Positions 49,745 through 64,000 are shown, counted from the stretch's first letter. The stretch is 64,000 nucleotides of DNA from Tubiluchus corallicola (GCA_030141605.1 JAQGDQ010000263.1:1-64000), one strand, 5' to 3'. A program made the numbers and translations. Notes: generated by a model not told the origin, from the sequence alone.

Positions 49745-49822
49745 CTTTAGTTAAAGTCGGCTTTTTGGATGAACAATTAACAAAAACTGCAAATAACAAC
49801 CTACAACTACATAACACAGACT

Positions 49823-49962
49823 ATTATTATTTCACTTTTACCCTAAATACCATGCGCCAGGCAGGGCAACAGCAGGTACCATTTTCAAAATCTTTGGTGT
49901 GACCAGGCCGTAATATTGAACTCACAACCTCCCAGACGGAAAGCTGACGCGTTACCACTAGA
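49823..49962 (-). mobile_element. tRNA-derived SINE with a Meta-domain-like core
   Basis: On the - strand: TCTAGTGG (A box), GAGTTCAA (B box), then GGTCACACCAAAGATTTTGAAAATGGTACCTGCTGTTGCCCTGCCTGGC resembling the MetaSINE core, and an (AAT)n tail. Confidence 0.7.
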
Positions 49963-50133
49963 GTGACTAGACCAAACCGTCTGACACAGAGTATGGTATT
50001 AACGCGTATGGTAATCATGGCTGTGTCAGCTAGATGATGCCAACTAAACACTCAACAATGCACCCCACTTTTCCATAATGAAGAAATTAATTATGCATGC
50101 AGTACCAGAGCAAGTCTATCACTAGTATGACAG

Positions 50134-50611
50134 TTTCGTCTAGAAGCTTCTGAATTTCGTCTGAAAGCTTCTGAATTTCGTCTGGAAGCTTCTGAATTTC
50201 GTCTGAAAGCTTCTGAATTTCGTCTGGAAGCTTCTGAATTTCGTCTGGAAGCTTCTGATTTTCGTCTGGAAGCTTCTGAATTTCGTCTAGAAGCTTCTGA
50301 ATTTCGTCTAGAAGCTTCTGAATTTCGTCTGGAAGCTTGTGACTTCGTCTGGAAACTTCTGAACTTCGTCTGAAAGCTTCTGAATTTCGTCTGGAAGCTT
50401 CTGAATTTCGTCTGGAAGCTTCTGAATTTCGTCTGGAAGCTTGTGAACTTCGTCTGGAAGCTTCTGAACTTCGTCTGGAAGCTTCTGAATTTCGTCTGGA
50501 AGTTTCTGAATTTCGCCTGGAAGCTTCTGAATTTCGTCTGGAAGTTTCTGAATTTCGCCTGGAAGCTTCTGAATTTCGTCTGGAAGTTTCTGAATTTCGT
50601 CTGGAAGCTTC
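50134..50611. repeat. 21-bp minisatellite, about 22 copies
   Basis: Unit tttcgtctggaagcttctgaa. Confidence 0.96.
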
Positions 50612-50918
50612 CAATGAATCAAAAGCAACAGGAATCGCTAAGGAATTTCTAGCCAAGTATTTGACAAGGAGCCCCACGAATTTCCCGCAAACTGTCACAC
50701 ATCCAAAAATATACCCCCCCATGGGTCCTACGATTAAAAAAATGATTTCAACCTGAAGTTTATTTCAGTTTGTTTTATTCGTTTTGATGTCATTCACTAA
50801 TTCCACTACTGGTCACTGGTGGGAATTCGCACCTTCCCCCTTCCCTATCCACTCCCATTATACGGAAAGCCAACGAGAATCCTCATCTCAATATACATCC
50901 CTCTCCAATGCTGTTGCC

Positions 50919-50929
50919 TGTGCGTGTAT

Positions 50930-50963
<34 letters not shown>

Positions 50964-51059
50964 CTGTGTGCGTGTGTGTGTGTGTGCGTGTGTGTGTGTG
51001 CGTGTGTGTGTGCGTGCGTGTGTGTGTGTGCGTGTGTGTGTGCGTGCGTGTGTGTGTGT
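50919..51059. repeat. (TG)n/(TGCG) microsatellite
   Basis: Direct inspection. Confidence 0.95.
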
Positions 51060-51074
51060 TTACTGACTGATTAA

Positions 51075-51350
51075 GAGTTAGTCGAACATGATATTCAAAA
51101 AAGGTCTTTTGATCACATAACATGGTTATTACTGTCCAAAAATCGCTAAACAGTTATTTACAAATTCACAATATGACATTGGGTTTCCATTGAAAAATTC
51201 ATGCAGATCGTTGAAGTTCAATTCAGTGTTATCTTCACGAAGGTGATTCGTAAGTGGACAAAAACAGATAACATGTTCTTCTGTTTGAATGTTTAAGCCA
51301 GAACAGGAGCATAGCCTGTCTTCCCTTTTTATCCTTGCCCATCTTCCAGT
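51075..51350 (-). mobile_element. 5'-truncated non-LTR retrotransposon 3' end (ORF2 C-terminal Cys/His knuckle)
   Basis: The - strand reads TGRWARIKREDRLCSCSGLNIQTEEHVICFCPLTNHLR...FGQ*, the TGR...R.C.C...EEH....C signature of LINE ORF2 C-termini. Confidence 0.75.
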
Positions 51351-53946
51351 CCAGTCCTACATCTAGACCCTGTACCCAGACTGTCGTCAATTAGAAATGG
51401 TGGAATTGCAACTCATACATGGCGTGACATCGTTTAATGGAAACCCTCTCAATGAGCCAGCAGTAATGACTTGATACATCTGGCTCAAACCTCTATAGAT
51501 TCGGTGCAGAAATATAGCAATTTCTTAAAGTCTTTAAACGACTTGATTAGTACGGGTACTCGGGAGTAATCAGAACTAATTAAAACCCCCTACAGCAGCA
51601 TTAGGCAGTGGCAAGGGTCCTAATAACATCGCAGTTAGTATACGTGCACGCATGTAAGCAATGCAAATCAATCAAGTCGAATGAAAAGCAAGCACTCCAT
51701 GTCTTCACGATGAATAATTTCTAACGTCAACACAACTCCACATTAGATGTATTATTCATCGATTATATCAATTAAACTCGAAGGGTCAGCGACTAGCGCG
51801 GTCAACAGTCCAATGACCATTGAACAGAGTACACAGTTAATCGACTGTGCAGTAAACTACTATACTTATAATGGTCAATGGACATTGGTCAATGGGCAAC
51901 GGTGCCATTAGACGAGAACAAAATACGGAAAGGCAGCGTACGATTGTCCTACAAGTGCACTGACCATAGATGACGCTTGACCACGGTGAATGGTTCGGTT
52001 TTATCACTTATACACTTCTGTATAAGAATGTTAACTTAGGCACAACAAACTAAACGCAAATCTGTAATAGAACTTGTTGAAATTAAGCCGTTTTGATAAG
52101 AAAGTCTTTGAACACCAATTCAACCTTAAGTGCTGCCCTCTTCTCTCCGATTTATTACTAAGAGGAATGAAGCTAGATATTGATTGACAGATATGTCTAC
52201 GCCTTTAATCTGGCATCAATCTCGCCAGGAAGTATTTTGTTCACTCTTTTGGTAATTCTTATCATAATCTTAGATTCATCTTAACAAACTACGCCATTGG
52301 AGCAACGGCTAGTTATTTAAGACAATTTTGTAAAGAAAAAGATTATCAAAAATACAGGAAAATGATTCTACCTTGATTAAGGCGATCAAAGTGTGTGCAA
52401 CACACGGTATATACGTTCTTGATTAACTGCAAACGTAAATGCATCGAAGAAAATTGCCTAGCTGCATTCGTGTGCAGTCGGTCAATCTCGATCTCGCTTG
52501 GGTGTGCGCGACTTTCTTAATTTGCCGGAATTCGTAGATCAATTCGGTTCAAATCCGGACGCTAGATCGATCACACGTACTGCAATTTGTAACGGTTATC
52601 CCGAAATGAGCTTACAGTACGGGAATAGAACCGAGCAACCATTCTTGCTAAGACTAATACCTTATTTTATAATCATGATCACAGTTTTTCTTAGTTCTCG
52701 CTCCATTTCATTTTTCATTCACTACTCCCCCCCCACTTTTATGTATATATTTATACATAAAATTATAATTATTTATAATTTTTCATTATTATAATTATTA
52801 TAATATATTATAATTATAATGATACGTAATTATAATACATATAATTATGTATCATTATTTCAATTAATAATCGTTTCTTTAAGATTTCCACGTACAGTTT
52901 GGCCTGTCAAGCTATGCTTTTATGCTCAAACTGTATGCATCAAAATTATTCTGTAATATAATTTGCACATGTATATGCTGCATTTTGTAATTTCTAGATA
53001 ATATTGCATTTATATTTATATTTACTTCAGTGAAATTATCTGTATTTTTATTATAGCTGTTAGATGCAGAGTGGAAATAAATAAACTTATAACTTAAAAA
53101 AGACTCTTACGAACGTTGATAAATTACTAGCATAGATATATGAATTTTGTGTATGAACTTTTCCCAGTGGCCTTCTCCAAACTCAACACAAATTGATACT
53201 CAAGCAAGTGACATAATAGGCCTACTTATTAATCATTACATAAGCACAAAATTATACGTATATAGATATGTCCTCGGTCGCTCATAAATCGATAACCTCA
53301 ATTAAAAATGTCGTAAATCCGGAAGCAAAAGTATTCGGACAGACGTTCCCATAGTAGTAGACACGACTCAGGCCGTAACTTAATTGAAAATTATGATGTA
53401 ATCATAAAATTGAGTTACAACGTAAATTGTGCAGGCGACATGGCTTTCTACATGCGGAAATACTCGGCAATATCAACTCTGTCAATCGATAAAGCATGTC
53501 TTGATAACGTATATTTATGTAGAAGAGTGTTACACAATTCCACGGATTTTTCCGTTATAATTACTATTGCCACTAGCAAGCTGTCTGGCACTCAGTATGT
53601 ACATGGCACACGTTCTAGGTAACAAGAGTAAAGATCAAGTTTACAGCCTAAACTCCAAGCGGACGCTCCTGGCGGGAATTACAGTAAGTAAACCAAATAA
53701 GAATGATTCGTGAAGCAGGCCACGGAATGGATTTAAGAAAGTCCAAACTGTCAATGTCAAAAACTACTGAATATACCCACCTAGTGGGTTGTAAAAGTCC
53801 TTGAAATAATGGTAGTGATGATGGTGACGGTGATGATGACAATTAAAAGGATTGTGATGACCACGAAAACGACGACCACACCGAGTTTAATGATGTACCA
53901 AGGTCAATTTGATACACAACGGTATACTCTATACGGTACATGGGAA

Positions 53947-54442
53947 TAGGGTTGCCATCCTGTTATGAATCGAAGTCTGGAGGCATGAGCTACTAGAAGG
54001 GCACCTGTAAGCTCCCCCAGTGGTGTCCGGGACGAGGCCCAGGAAACCAAGAGTTGCCTGTATTTTAGATGCTTTAGGAGGTCTTATACAGAAACTAAAA
54101 TCAAAAAATTAAAACTATAAATAGTACAAATTGTTCATCTTAGACAAAACCTAAAAGTCTGAAACTTTTACACAAAAATGCAAATAGTGTACATCCGTTT
54201 TTGGAGTTTCTTCCCAGTCACATTTCTTACGTTGTTTTCTGAGGTTCCTGGGAACGTTTTTTCACTTAACCATTTGCAAAGTTTCAATAGCATGTAAGTT
54301 GTACTTCCGCTTTTTCCACTTAAATTTCAAAATGTGATGATCGAAACCAGGAGACTTCTGAATTTTTTAAAAAACCGACCCAACTACGGAACTATGATTC
54401 TACAGGAGACTCCGGGCCAAATCAGAAGTGATGGCAACCCTA
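53947..54442. mobile_element. hAT-like MITE, family D
   Basis: Perfect 13-bp TIR TAGGGTTGCCATC / GATGGCAACCCTA; TSD not convincing. Confidence 0.65.
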
Positions 54443-55348
54443 ACGGGCAATCCTCCCAGAAAAAAGGAAAATCGAGGATTTTTTTCCCATGGAAACATTT
54501 TCACACTTGCGCACGCACAATGAGTCAACTGCCGGGAGTGACAATACGTCTTTACAAACCAGTTACGTTAACAAAGCGAACAGGTTTAAGCGTTTCTCTA
54601 GAAGTGCTATATGAATAGCGAACGTGCCTTCCTACTCTCAGCCGAAGATCATTCAAAATTCATGCATAATATTTACCCAGCGACATCTTAGCTAAAACTA
54701 ACCAAATAAGGGACCAACAATGCATTTCCTCGTACGATACTATTTGTATTTAAGGAAAACTAAGATGAACCCAAAAATTCGTATAAATCGTTTTGGCCCG
54801 ATTTGCCAAAAGTATTAATCAAGCTTACATAAATTGATCTAAAAGATTTCCACAAGATAAGCACATTTTTGGCAAAGTGCCAGAGAAATTTGTAGGTAGT
54901 AAGAGCCTGCATCGATGTGCCAAATAACCAAATATCTTTCCACTCAGTAAGAAACACCATCAGAGAGGTTTGTCACCAAAATTGATATCTTGAGTTCTAT
55001 TATATTAATACCACCAATCATTAGAGGAAAGAATGCCACTGCTGTTTTGACACAAAAAGGGACTGACAGGAATTTTCGTGAAGAATTTTATTTGCGAACA
55101 TTCCAGAAGCACTCCTTGCGGCTAATCCGGGAACAAAACGTACAGTTACACTGTAGAGTCGGACAATCCCAACTAGTGATAATGGAGGATAAGAAAATTC
55201 TTGGTAAACTCCATGTTTACTCGCCTTCTTTGCACTGTTACTTCCTAGTGTAGCGGTAAAGTGCTGCCGTTTAACTCATTAACGTAACAAAAACCTAGAG
55301 CTGTTAGCAAACTACCAAGTACTGTAGTAACTTGCTTCCTATTTAACT

Positions 55349-55885
55349 GTAAAGTTGGCAACCGCAGGAAAGTCTCCCCCAAGCTAAAGTTAATTATTTA
55401 CAAGGCCTAAATCAATACCATTACGGTTTATGGGATGATCCCGTAAACTTGCGGAGTAGACGTAAAGTTGGCAGCCACAGGAAAGTCTCCCCCAAGCTAT
55501 AGCTAATTATTTACAAGGCCTAAATCAATACCATTACGGTTTATGGGATAATCCCGTAAAGTTGCGGGGTAGACGTAAAGTTGGCAACAGCAGGCAAGTC
55601 CCTCCCACGCTAAAACAAAGGCCTAAATCAATGCCATTACGGTTTATGGGACAATCCCGTACAGTTGCGGAGTAGACGTAAAGTTGGCAACCGCAGGAAA
55701 GTCTCTCCCAAGCTTAAGCTAATTATTTACAAGGTCTAAATCAATACCATTACGGTTTATGGGACAATCCCGCAAAGTTGCGGGGTAGACGTAAAGTTGT
55801 AACCGCAGGAAAGTCTCTCCCAAGCTAAACCTGATGATTTATAAGGTCTAAATCAATACCATTACGGTTTATGGGACAACCCCGT
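55349..55885. repeat. 113-bp tandem repeat, about 5 copies
   Basis: gtaaagttg... starts at 55349, 55462, 55575, 55678 and 55791; the third unit is 10 bp shorter. Confidence 0.92.
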
Positions 55886-56838
55886 ATGCCACGTGATTGC
55901 GGGAGCTTAACGTGGAGGCTACCAAACAACTTGCACCTCTTATTTCCTTTACCTACACATTCAACGACAAATGACAGTTTTTGTCAGTTGCAACAATAAT
56001 CGTACATGTTACTGTACTCAAAAAATATGCGCAAAACATGTGTTACATCACAAGAACTTGTGTTTGAATAACTGAAAAGTTCTTCCCCAATTTCCAGTCC
56101 ATTTAGTTCCTAACCTTTGGTTCTCTGTGTAATTTGCTGGTCAGTTTGTTGACCTAAGCACATTTTAACATTTCTAACCTGCAACAGGTAGACACTTCAA
56201 ATGTTCTTACGTTTGTTATGCAAAGCTGGCTACATCAAAGCTGTTTGATTAACTGACAAAACCTAAAGGTGAATGTGACCATCAAGACGCATCCTAGCGA
56301 AAAACCAACAAATTTCACACAATTAGCCATGAAGTCGGATAACCCGTTTTTGAATTATTTTACCAACTTCATCACTTAACCTTCCGACATCATCCGCACG
56401 TGCAAACATATGAATAGGATCGCCAATAACAGGACAAACCTCAGCAACTCTTTACCTAGTCTCGCTTCACCACTGTACAACTCTCTTGAACTCTTCAGAG
56501 ACGCTTTGAGATAAACCGCTCCTGGATAAATACATGCCCTGACTGTAAACAGACATTTGATTATGGAAGCAGCATTTAATGAATTCCTGCATCAGCAACG
56601 CACAAGGCAGCATTTAACCTTGGGCAACCAATATAAAAGCTTTGCCAATGAGGAAGACACCTGGGGCATTAAAACTGGAGGCAACCTTGGTGAATGGTGT
56701 GGCAATTTTGGTTGAGTAGACTACTTAAAACACTTAAAACACTGATTGCAAGTCTGGTTGAACATTTAGACAGTAATAATCAGCTGACCAGTAACAGAAC
56801 AGAGCGAGAGATATGTCACTTACTTCAAAAGTAAAATA

Positions 56839-56990
56839 TACAGTAGGCGCCGCTTAATAGACTCACGGTTAATAGACTCAATCGCTTAATTGACTCAAAA
56901 ACGCCTGGTACGGGCCGCTTCTATTCTAATATACATAAAAATTATCGGTAATTGACTCAAATCACTCCGCATAATTGACTCAATATTTTT
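56839..56990 (+). mobile_element. Possible pogo/Tigger-like transposon end
   Basis: TA|CAGTAGGCGCCGCTTAATAG followed by repeated TAATAGACTCA/TAATTGACTCA motifs; the partner TIR was not found. Confidence 0.35.
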
Positions 56991-59159
56991 CCTTCACCTA
57001 CAGCAACAAATGTCTCTTAATTGGCCTAATACTAATCTTTTTTCTCCAATATTCCACATGATTCTGCGCTTAACTGAAGTAGGCGAATACCACTGAATAC
57101 CACTGTTTCGAAACCAAGCGGAACCAGCAGAATAACATCTTCTTGGGTAAACAGCAAGAGGTTTCTGAAAGCATTTTAAAGTTATACGAAAACTATAAGA
57201 ATTAAACTTGTACAAGTTTTGAATTTGCCTATATGTATTGAGTATTGCGATTTTTTGCCATTAGCAAAACTGCGTCTACCATCGTTTATACATTTTTTGA
57301 TGAAACCTTCGTATTTCCAATTTACAATGTTCCATAAAAAAACAAAAATATAAAAGTCGATTAAAAGGCAACATAAGACTATTATTCTTCTAACTATAGT
57401 AGCTGCAATACAGAAGGTCTCAGTAATTACGTAAGTAGATGCTTTGCATATTACCTTATATGGGCTCAGAGGCCTTATATTACTTTCCTACTTAGTCTCC
57501 TCACCGAAAACGTAGCAGTAACCTCTAATTGTCTTTTACTAATCATAATTATATGATTTATTAAAAAATTTCCTTTGTTGGTGTAATTAAAAATAATTTG
57601 GCTTTACACTGCAGCATAAGCTAATTCAGCTTAATCTTAAATGCTCGAACATTAATAATTAACGCGGAAAACGGAAAATTCGCCGCGTGTATTTTCATAC
57701 TGGATAATTTAATATTGCTGAAGTAATGAGTCAGAGACTAACCAAATATTTGCCTAAAGCAACGAAGCTGAGCACCAGTGCAAACAAAACATTTAATAAC
57801 TCTTTTGTCTCGAAAATATTAATCATTTTTCACCTGTGTTTTGTCTTTCGTAGAGTACAAATTCTAGCCCCTTGTAAGACATAAATCACTCTTAATTAGT
57901 GACGTAAATTTAATATAACTAACGCATGCGGCCAATGCTAATAGCACGCGATCATCTGCATAAACTAAGTGATTGATGCGTCTGCCGAAGATCAATTTGT
58001 TCCTGTTGACATTTCGACCGTGTCAAACAAGCAGACCGATTTAAAAATAAACTAAACCTGTGTTTATTAACACACACAGCGTGCTTGAATCAACGACGTT
58101 CAGATTGGGAAAAGTTACGGCAACTCTGACGGAGACGGTCTTACTCTTTGATGAGCAGACGAATGTTGTGGTGCTCACTTTCATAATAACAAACAACGTT
58201 CCTCCATTCGGGACAATTTTCTGATGAGCTGACCTAGCCTGCTAGCTTTTACCCAGACACGACATACAACACGCTCTCTACGCTAATTGCAAACACTGTC
58301 TAATACATGGTCTGGCACTTATTAAAGCAAACGACTAACCAACGAACTTTCCTATAAGCTACGCAAACAAATCTTGCCTTCTATCAGCTTCAGTGAGCTA
58401 ACAACAAAGTCAATCAGCATCCTGGCAGTAGATTTCTTATCTTCCAACCCATCATAATTTGACTGATTTAATTTATCGTTTATTCCAAACATAAAGTTCA
58501 TATTCAAAATACAGTTACAACAACAATAAACAACAATTAAACAACATACACGCACGCACGCACGCACGCGCACACGCGCGCACACACACACACACACAAC
58601 TTACAAGGTTATACTATTATACAATATCTACAATTACGAAGCATGGATTCAGACCCATGGTAACTGATTAAACTTTCGTGTACAGTAAGGCGCGCCAGTA
58701 CTTATGTATAACGGATGTATATACAATATCACTCTGTAATATTGTTTTACAAATTTTAAAAATTATTACTATTTAAAGTTCTATTTGGAAGTTCTATACA
58801 TACACTTCTTCTATGTCGCACGTCAAAATATAACAAGTTCAGTTCAATGGACACAGACCTAGCACTGTAGTCATAAAGTAGATAAACAACTTTCTCATAC
58901 AAACATTGTATGCTACTTTAAGTTTTTCTCAAATTATAATGATAAAAGTATCTCCATGTTGCCACACAATAAAAATTGCCAAGAAACAGTGAAAGAGCTG
59001 CTTTTTCACATTTGCAGTGCATAATTAGTTTGCTAACCCGGCAGGAAAAAAGAGATCTTTGAATATTTATGTCCTCATCGTCCTTATTTTCCTGAATCTT
59101 ATATGTAATAATATAATAATAATAATAGTAGTAATAATATTAATAGTAATAATATGTCT

Positions 59160-59390
59160 TAAATATTTTTCCTTTTTACAAGGTAGCACAAGTACATTAT
59201 TCAGAATGAGAGAACTAAACTGAAACCGAGTCAATATCGGAGGCCTAGCAGTGACTAATTTAGTTTTTTTAATGTTTATAGCAATACCAAATTGAATTGC
59301 ATAATTACTGTAAGTATCAGTGATCCGTTGTAAAGCATTTATAGTAGTTGCCAGCAAGCCAACGTCATCTGCAAACATCATAGATAAACT
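59160..59390 (-). mobile_element. Non-LTR reverse transcriptase fragment
   Basis: MMFADDVGLLATTINALQRITD...FGIAINIKKTK carries the (Y/F)ADD motif and downstream N..KTK; later KYL. Confidence 0.75.
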
Positions 59391-60129
59391 CCCAGAAAGT
59401 GTCTCCCACAAACCGCCAAAATTTTATAAAAAAAACGCCTAATCTATTTGGCATTCTGTGTCCTTGCTTAACCGTATCAAAATCAGTTCAAGCTGCTCTC
59501 GTCAATAACAAGTAAGGCCATAAAATATACGATGGTTTCGCTTTCAATAGGGTCATAAAGCGTGATGATATAAAACACATTCAGCAGTACACACACAAAC
59601 ACAGACCCCAGTATTCACATATTTATGATATGCTGCCACTTCAGCTGAATCATCAAAACCAAAGGCCATTTCTGGCTAACTGATGTCAGTCAACTTTGTT
59701 GAGGAAATCAAAATAAAGACCAGCGCTTTTTACCGCTTCTACGGGATTAATGCCATGAACATAATGCGCTTTTTGTGGGTTTAAAGTGTTAACTCTAGAT
59801 CTGTTTAATCTCTATTGTCTTTTGACATCAGCGTTTCTGTTTCGTGTTGGATATATAAATATGCAACACGACTTAGTTGCCGAAAACGCCAGAAATCTTA
59901 TGTTTATGCCAATTCTGAATAACACAGTGTCCTAATTCTTCCTCTCTTGAACAACTTTCAAACATCATATTTAGTAATAGTGACATTTCCTCAAATCATG
60001 CAGTCATCAAATCAGGCAATTTTGCTACAACCTAAGGATGAACAAGACGAAATCAGATTCGGGCCACGTTGTTGTATATCAAACTATCTGGATGACATTT
60101 GGTTCTCGTGGATCTGTGGCACACACTAG

Positions 60130-62235
60130 AGTGAATGTGATAGCAATTGTTCCTAGCTAGTGTAGCACACATTTACAGTGAATGTGATAGCAACTGTTCC
60201 TAGCTAGTGTAGCACACATTTACAGTGAATGTGATAGCAACTGTTCCTAGCTAGTGTAGCACACATTTACAGTGAATGTGATAGCAACTGTTCCTAGCTA
60301 GTGTAGCACACATTTACAGTGAATGTGATAGCAACTGTTCCTAGCTAGTGCAGCACACATTTACAGTGAATGTGACAGCAACTGTTCCTAGCTAGTGTAG
60401 CACACATTTACAGTGAATGTGATAGCAACTGTTCCTAGCTAGTGTAGCACACATTTACAGTGAATGTGATAGCAACTGTTCCTAGCTAGTGTAGCACACA
60501 TTTACAGTGAATGTTATAGCAACTGTTCCTAGCTAGTGCAGCACACATTTACAGCGAATGTGACAGCAACTGTTCCTAGCTAGTGTAGCACACATTTACA
60601 GTGAATGCGATAGCAACTGTTCCTAGCTAGTGTAGCACACATTTACAGTGAATGTGACAGCAACTGTTCCTAGCTAGTGTAGCACACATTTACAGTGAAT
60701 GTGACAGCAACTGTTCCTAGCTAGTGTAGCACACATTTACAGTGAATGTGATAGCAACTGTTCCTAGCTAGTGTAGCACACATTTACAGTGAATGTGATA
60801 GCAACTGTTCCTAGCTAGTGTAGCACACATTTACAGTGAATGTGATAGCAACTGTTCCTAGCTAGTGTAGCACACATTTACAGTGAATGTGATAGCAACT
60901 GTTCCTAGCTAGTGTAGCACACATTTACAGTGAATGTGATAGCAACTGTTCCTAGCTAGTGTAGCACACATTTACAGTGAATGTGATAGCAACTGTTCCT
61001 AGCTAGTGTAGCACACATTTACAGTGAATGTGATAGCAACTGTTCTAGCTAGTGTAGCACACATTTACAGTGAATGTATAGCAACTGTTCCTAGCTAGTG
61101 AGCACACATTTACAGCGAATGTGACAGCAACTGTTCCTAGCTAGTGTAGCACACATTTACAGTGAATGGATAGCAACTGTTCCTAGCTAGTGTAGCACAC
61201 ATTTACAGTGAATGTGACAGCAACTGTTCCTAGCTAGTGTAGCACACATTTACAGTGAATGTGACAGCAACTGTTCCTAGCTAGTGTAGCACACATTTAC
61301 AGTGAATGTGACAGCAACTGTTCCTAGCTAGTGTAGCACACATTTACAGTGAATGTGACAGCAACTGTTCCTAGCTAGTGTAGCACACATTTACAGTGAA
61401 TGTGATAGCAACTGTTCCTAGTTAGTGTAGCACACATTTACAGCGAATGTGACAGCAACTGTTCCTAGCTAGTGTAGCACACATTTACAGTAAAAGTAAT
61501 AGCAACTGTTCCTAGCTAGTGTAGCACACGTTTACAGTGAATGCGATAGCAACTGTTCCTAGCTAGTGTAGCACACATTTACAGTGAATGTGACAGCAAC
61601 TGTTCCTAGCTAGTGTAGCACACATTTACAGTGAATGCGATAGCAACTGTTCCTAGCTAGTGTAGCACACATTTACAGTAAAACTGATAGCAACTGTTGC
61701 TTGCTAGTGTAGCACACATTTACAGTGAATGTGATAGCAACTGTTCCCAGCTAGTGTAGCATACATTTACAGTAAAATTGATAGCAACTGTTCCTAGCTA
61801 GTGTAGCACACATTTAGAGTAAAATTGATAGCAACTGTTCCTAGCTAGTGTAGCATACATTTACAGTAAAATTGATAGCAAATGTTCTTAGCTAGTGTAG
61901 CACACATTTACAGTAAAATTGATAGCAACTGTTCCTAGCTAGTGTAGCACACATTTACAGTAAAATTGATAGCAACTGTTCCTAGCTAGTGTAGCATACA
62001 TTTACAGTAAAATTGATAGCAACTGTTCCTAGCTAGTGTAGCACACATTTACAGTAAAATTGATAGCAACTGTTCCTAGCTAGTGTAGCACACATTTACA
62101 GTAAAATTGATAGCAACTGTTCCTAGCTAGTGTAGCACACATTTACAGTAAAATTGATAGCAACTGTTCCTAGTTAGTGTAGCACACATTTACAGTAAAA
62201 TTGATAGCAACTGTTCCTAGTTAGTGTAGCACACG
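60130..62235. repeat. 47-bp minisatellite, about 45 copies
   Basis: Unit cacacatttacagtgaatgtgatagcaactgttcctagctagtgtag; the distal units carry a gtaaaattg variant. Confidence 0.97.
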
Positions 62236-63142
62236 CTGACTCTGATAGGGCGCTAGACGGCATCGACAGTCTACATAATGTGCCCAGATGATGCGGGTCA
62301 CTAAACAAATGCATGCAAGGCTTCCGACGGAGAACGAAAACCCATCAATCTGGCTTCGGGAAACTGGGTCGCATTAGCCTTTTGTCAATAAGAGCGAGGA
62401 ATTTGTTAACGGAAAATGCAGAAAATGACTGCAGACTGTATAGAAAAGGGTTTACCGAACGCAAATGCAACCAATGCATACGCGCCAGGCAGAACCAACT
62501 GAAACCGCTGCTGCAGAAAGATACGAAGAACATTTCTAGATTGTAACGCTTATCTTTTTTCCACTCGTATCTTTAGAGACAAATAAAAATTAAAGAATCC
62601 ACCATAGTTAGGGAGGAAATGCATGTCAGCATGTGGTGCTGATTAACGTAAAGTTGTAGGTAAATGACATTTTTTTGTATGACTAACAAGGTCCTAATGA
62701 ATAACAATATGAAATCACCTAATGGCTGCGACTTTTGAGTTACTTTATTGTAAACTTAGCAAGGCTTGTAGGCGAATTTAAAAAGCTGCTTCATATTCGA
62801 CATTATCAAAAGCATTGTGATCCCCCCCCCCCCAACAACAGCAACATTTTTGTTGAATCTGAAACAATGAAGCCATCATACGCAGAATGAAATGGCTTCA
62901 GAACGAGATGTCGGCAATAAAGTCTCATTACAGATGACAGCTGTTCCCGCTCTTGCAACTGTCAGAATCCAGGACGCTAGACGCTCTTAAGATGGCATTA
63001 CAACCGTCTCAAATGTCGTGTAAGGCTGTTGGGTAATGGGTTGAACAGAGTGAATCTAGAGGAAGAATTGTCGTTAACGATGTAGTACATACGATTCAAG
63101 ATTCAGAAAGTACGTGGAAAGCGAACAAGTGCCAATCATGAA

Positions 63143-63450
<308 letters not shown>

Positions 63451-64000
63451 CCCCGTTCTCCTGCCTCTTTTTTTTACTTCTTCCTCTTTTCATCTCTCTT
63501 GCTCTTTCCCTCATACTGTCACTTTTTGTGGTAGTATTGCTATCACACGAACTTGTCTTCTTTTGAAGTGAGTTTGCTAACATAGGAGACACCATTTCAG
63601 CCCATTCAGATTCATTCTACACTCCACTTGTTTCACTTAATTATGCATTAGCGCTGATAGCTTGGTCATTACTATATGGGGCGATTTTTAAAGTCAAAAG
63701 TTTTCCGGGTGGTAAAGAATGTGACAAATAGACTGAAGAGTAGAAAAGCACCCCGAATAGAAGTCAGAGAACCAACTAGTGGCAAAGTAAATTTGTTTTA
63801 CAAATGAATGTTTTGGACTAAGCATGCAACACACGCCTGGAGCTGCTGTAACAGTATCAGAGGCAATTAGGTCAGGCCGAAGAAATAAGAGACTGACGTA
63901 CTTAAAATGCTGACCAAATGGCTCTAGCTGGTAGTAATCATTCCAGGTTCAACTAATGGAAACAGTTATGTGACATACTGGTAGGCACTCAAGTTGCGTT

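Noticed and set aside
50087-50722. Heptad ORFs (LPDEIQK)n / (SEASRRN)n suggesting a coiled-coil protein
   Set aside because: Translation of a 21-bp minisatellite that is open in several frames; no splice or homology support.

Overview
AT-rich, intron- and repeat-rich animal DNA, most likely from a lophotrochozoan invertebrate (class-1 semaphorin, TTAGGG-type repeats, Meta-domain-like SINE). It holds two convergent spliced genes. On the + strand are the last five coding exons (1231-6866) of a coiled-coil protein that aligns by eye to the C-terminal half of kinetochore NDC80/HEC1. On the - strand is most of a transmembrane Semaphorin-1a gene (44707 down to stop at 9073): 13 phase-consistent exons covering the Sema domain, PSI domain, Thr-rich stalk, TM helix and tail, plus candidate cassette microexons. 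Its 5' exons were not found and probably lie beyond 64000. The introns contain minisatellites, microsatellites, hAT and Kolobok-type MITEs (two with perfect 8-bp TSDs), LINE/RTE and Gypsy remnants, a SINE and telomere-like repeats. The most unusual signal is that two independent ~2-kb minisatellites each abut a semaphorin 3' splice site and are tandem amplifications of that intron's predicted branch-point segment. Most long ORFs in the supplied track are repeat artefacts. No prokaryotic or CRISPR-type system is present. All homology calls are from recognition, not database searches.
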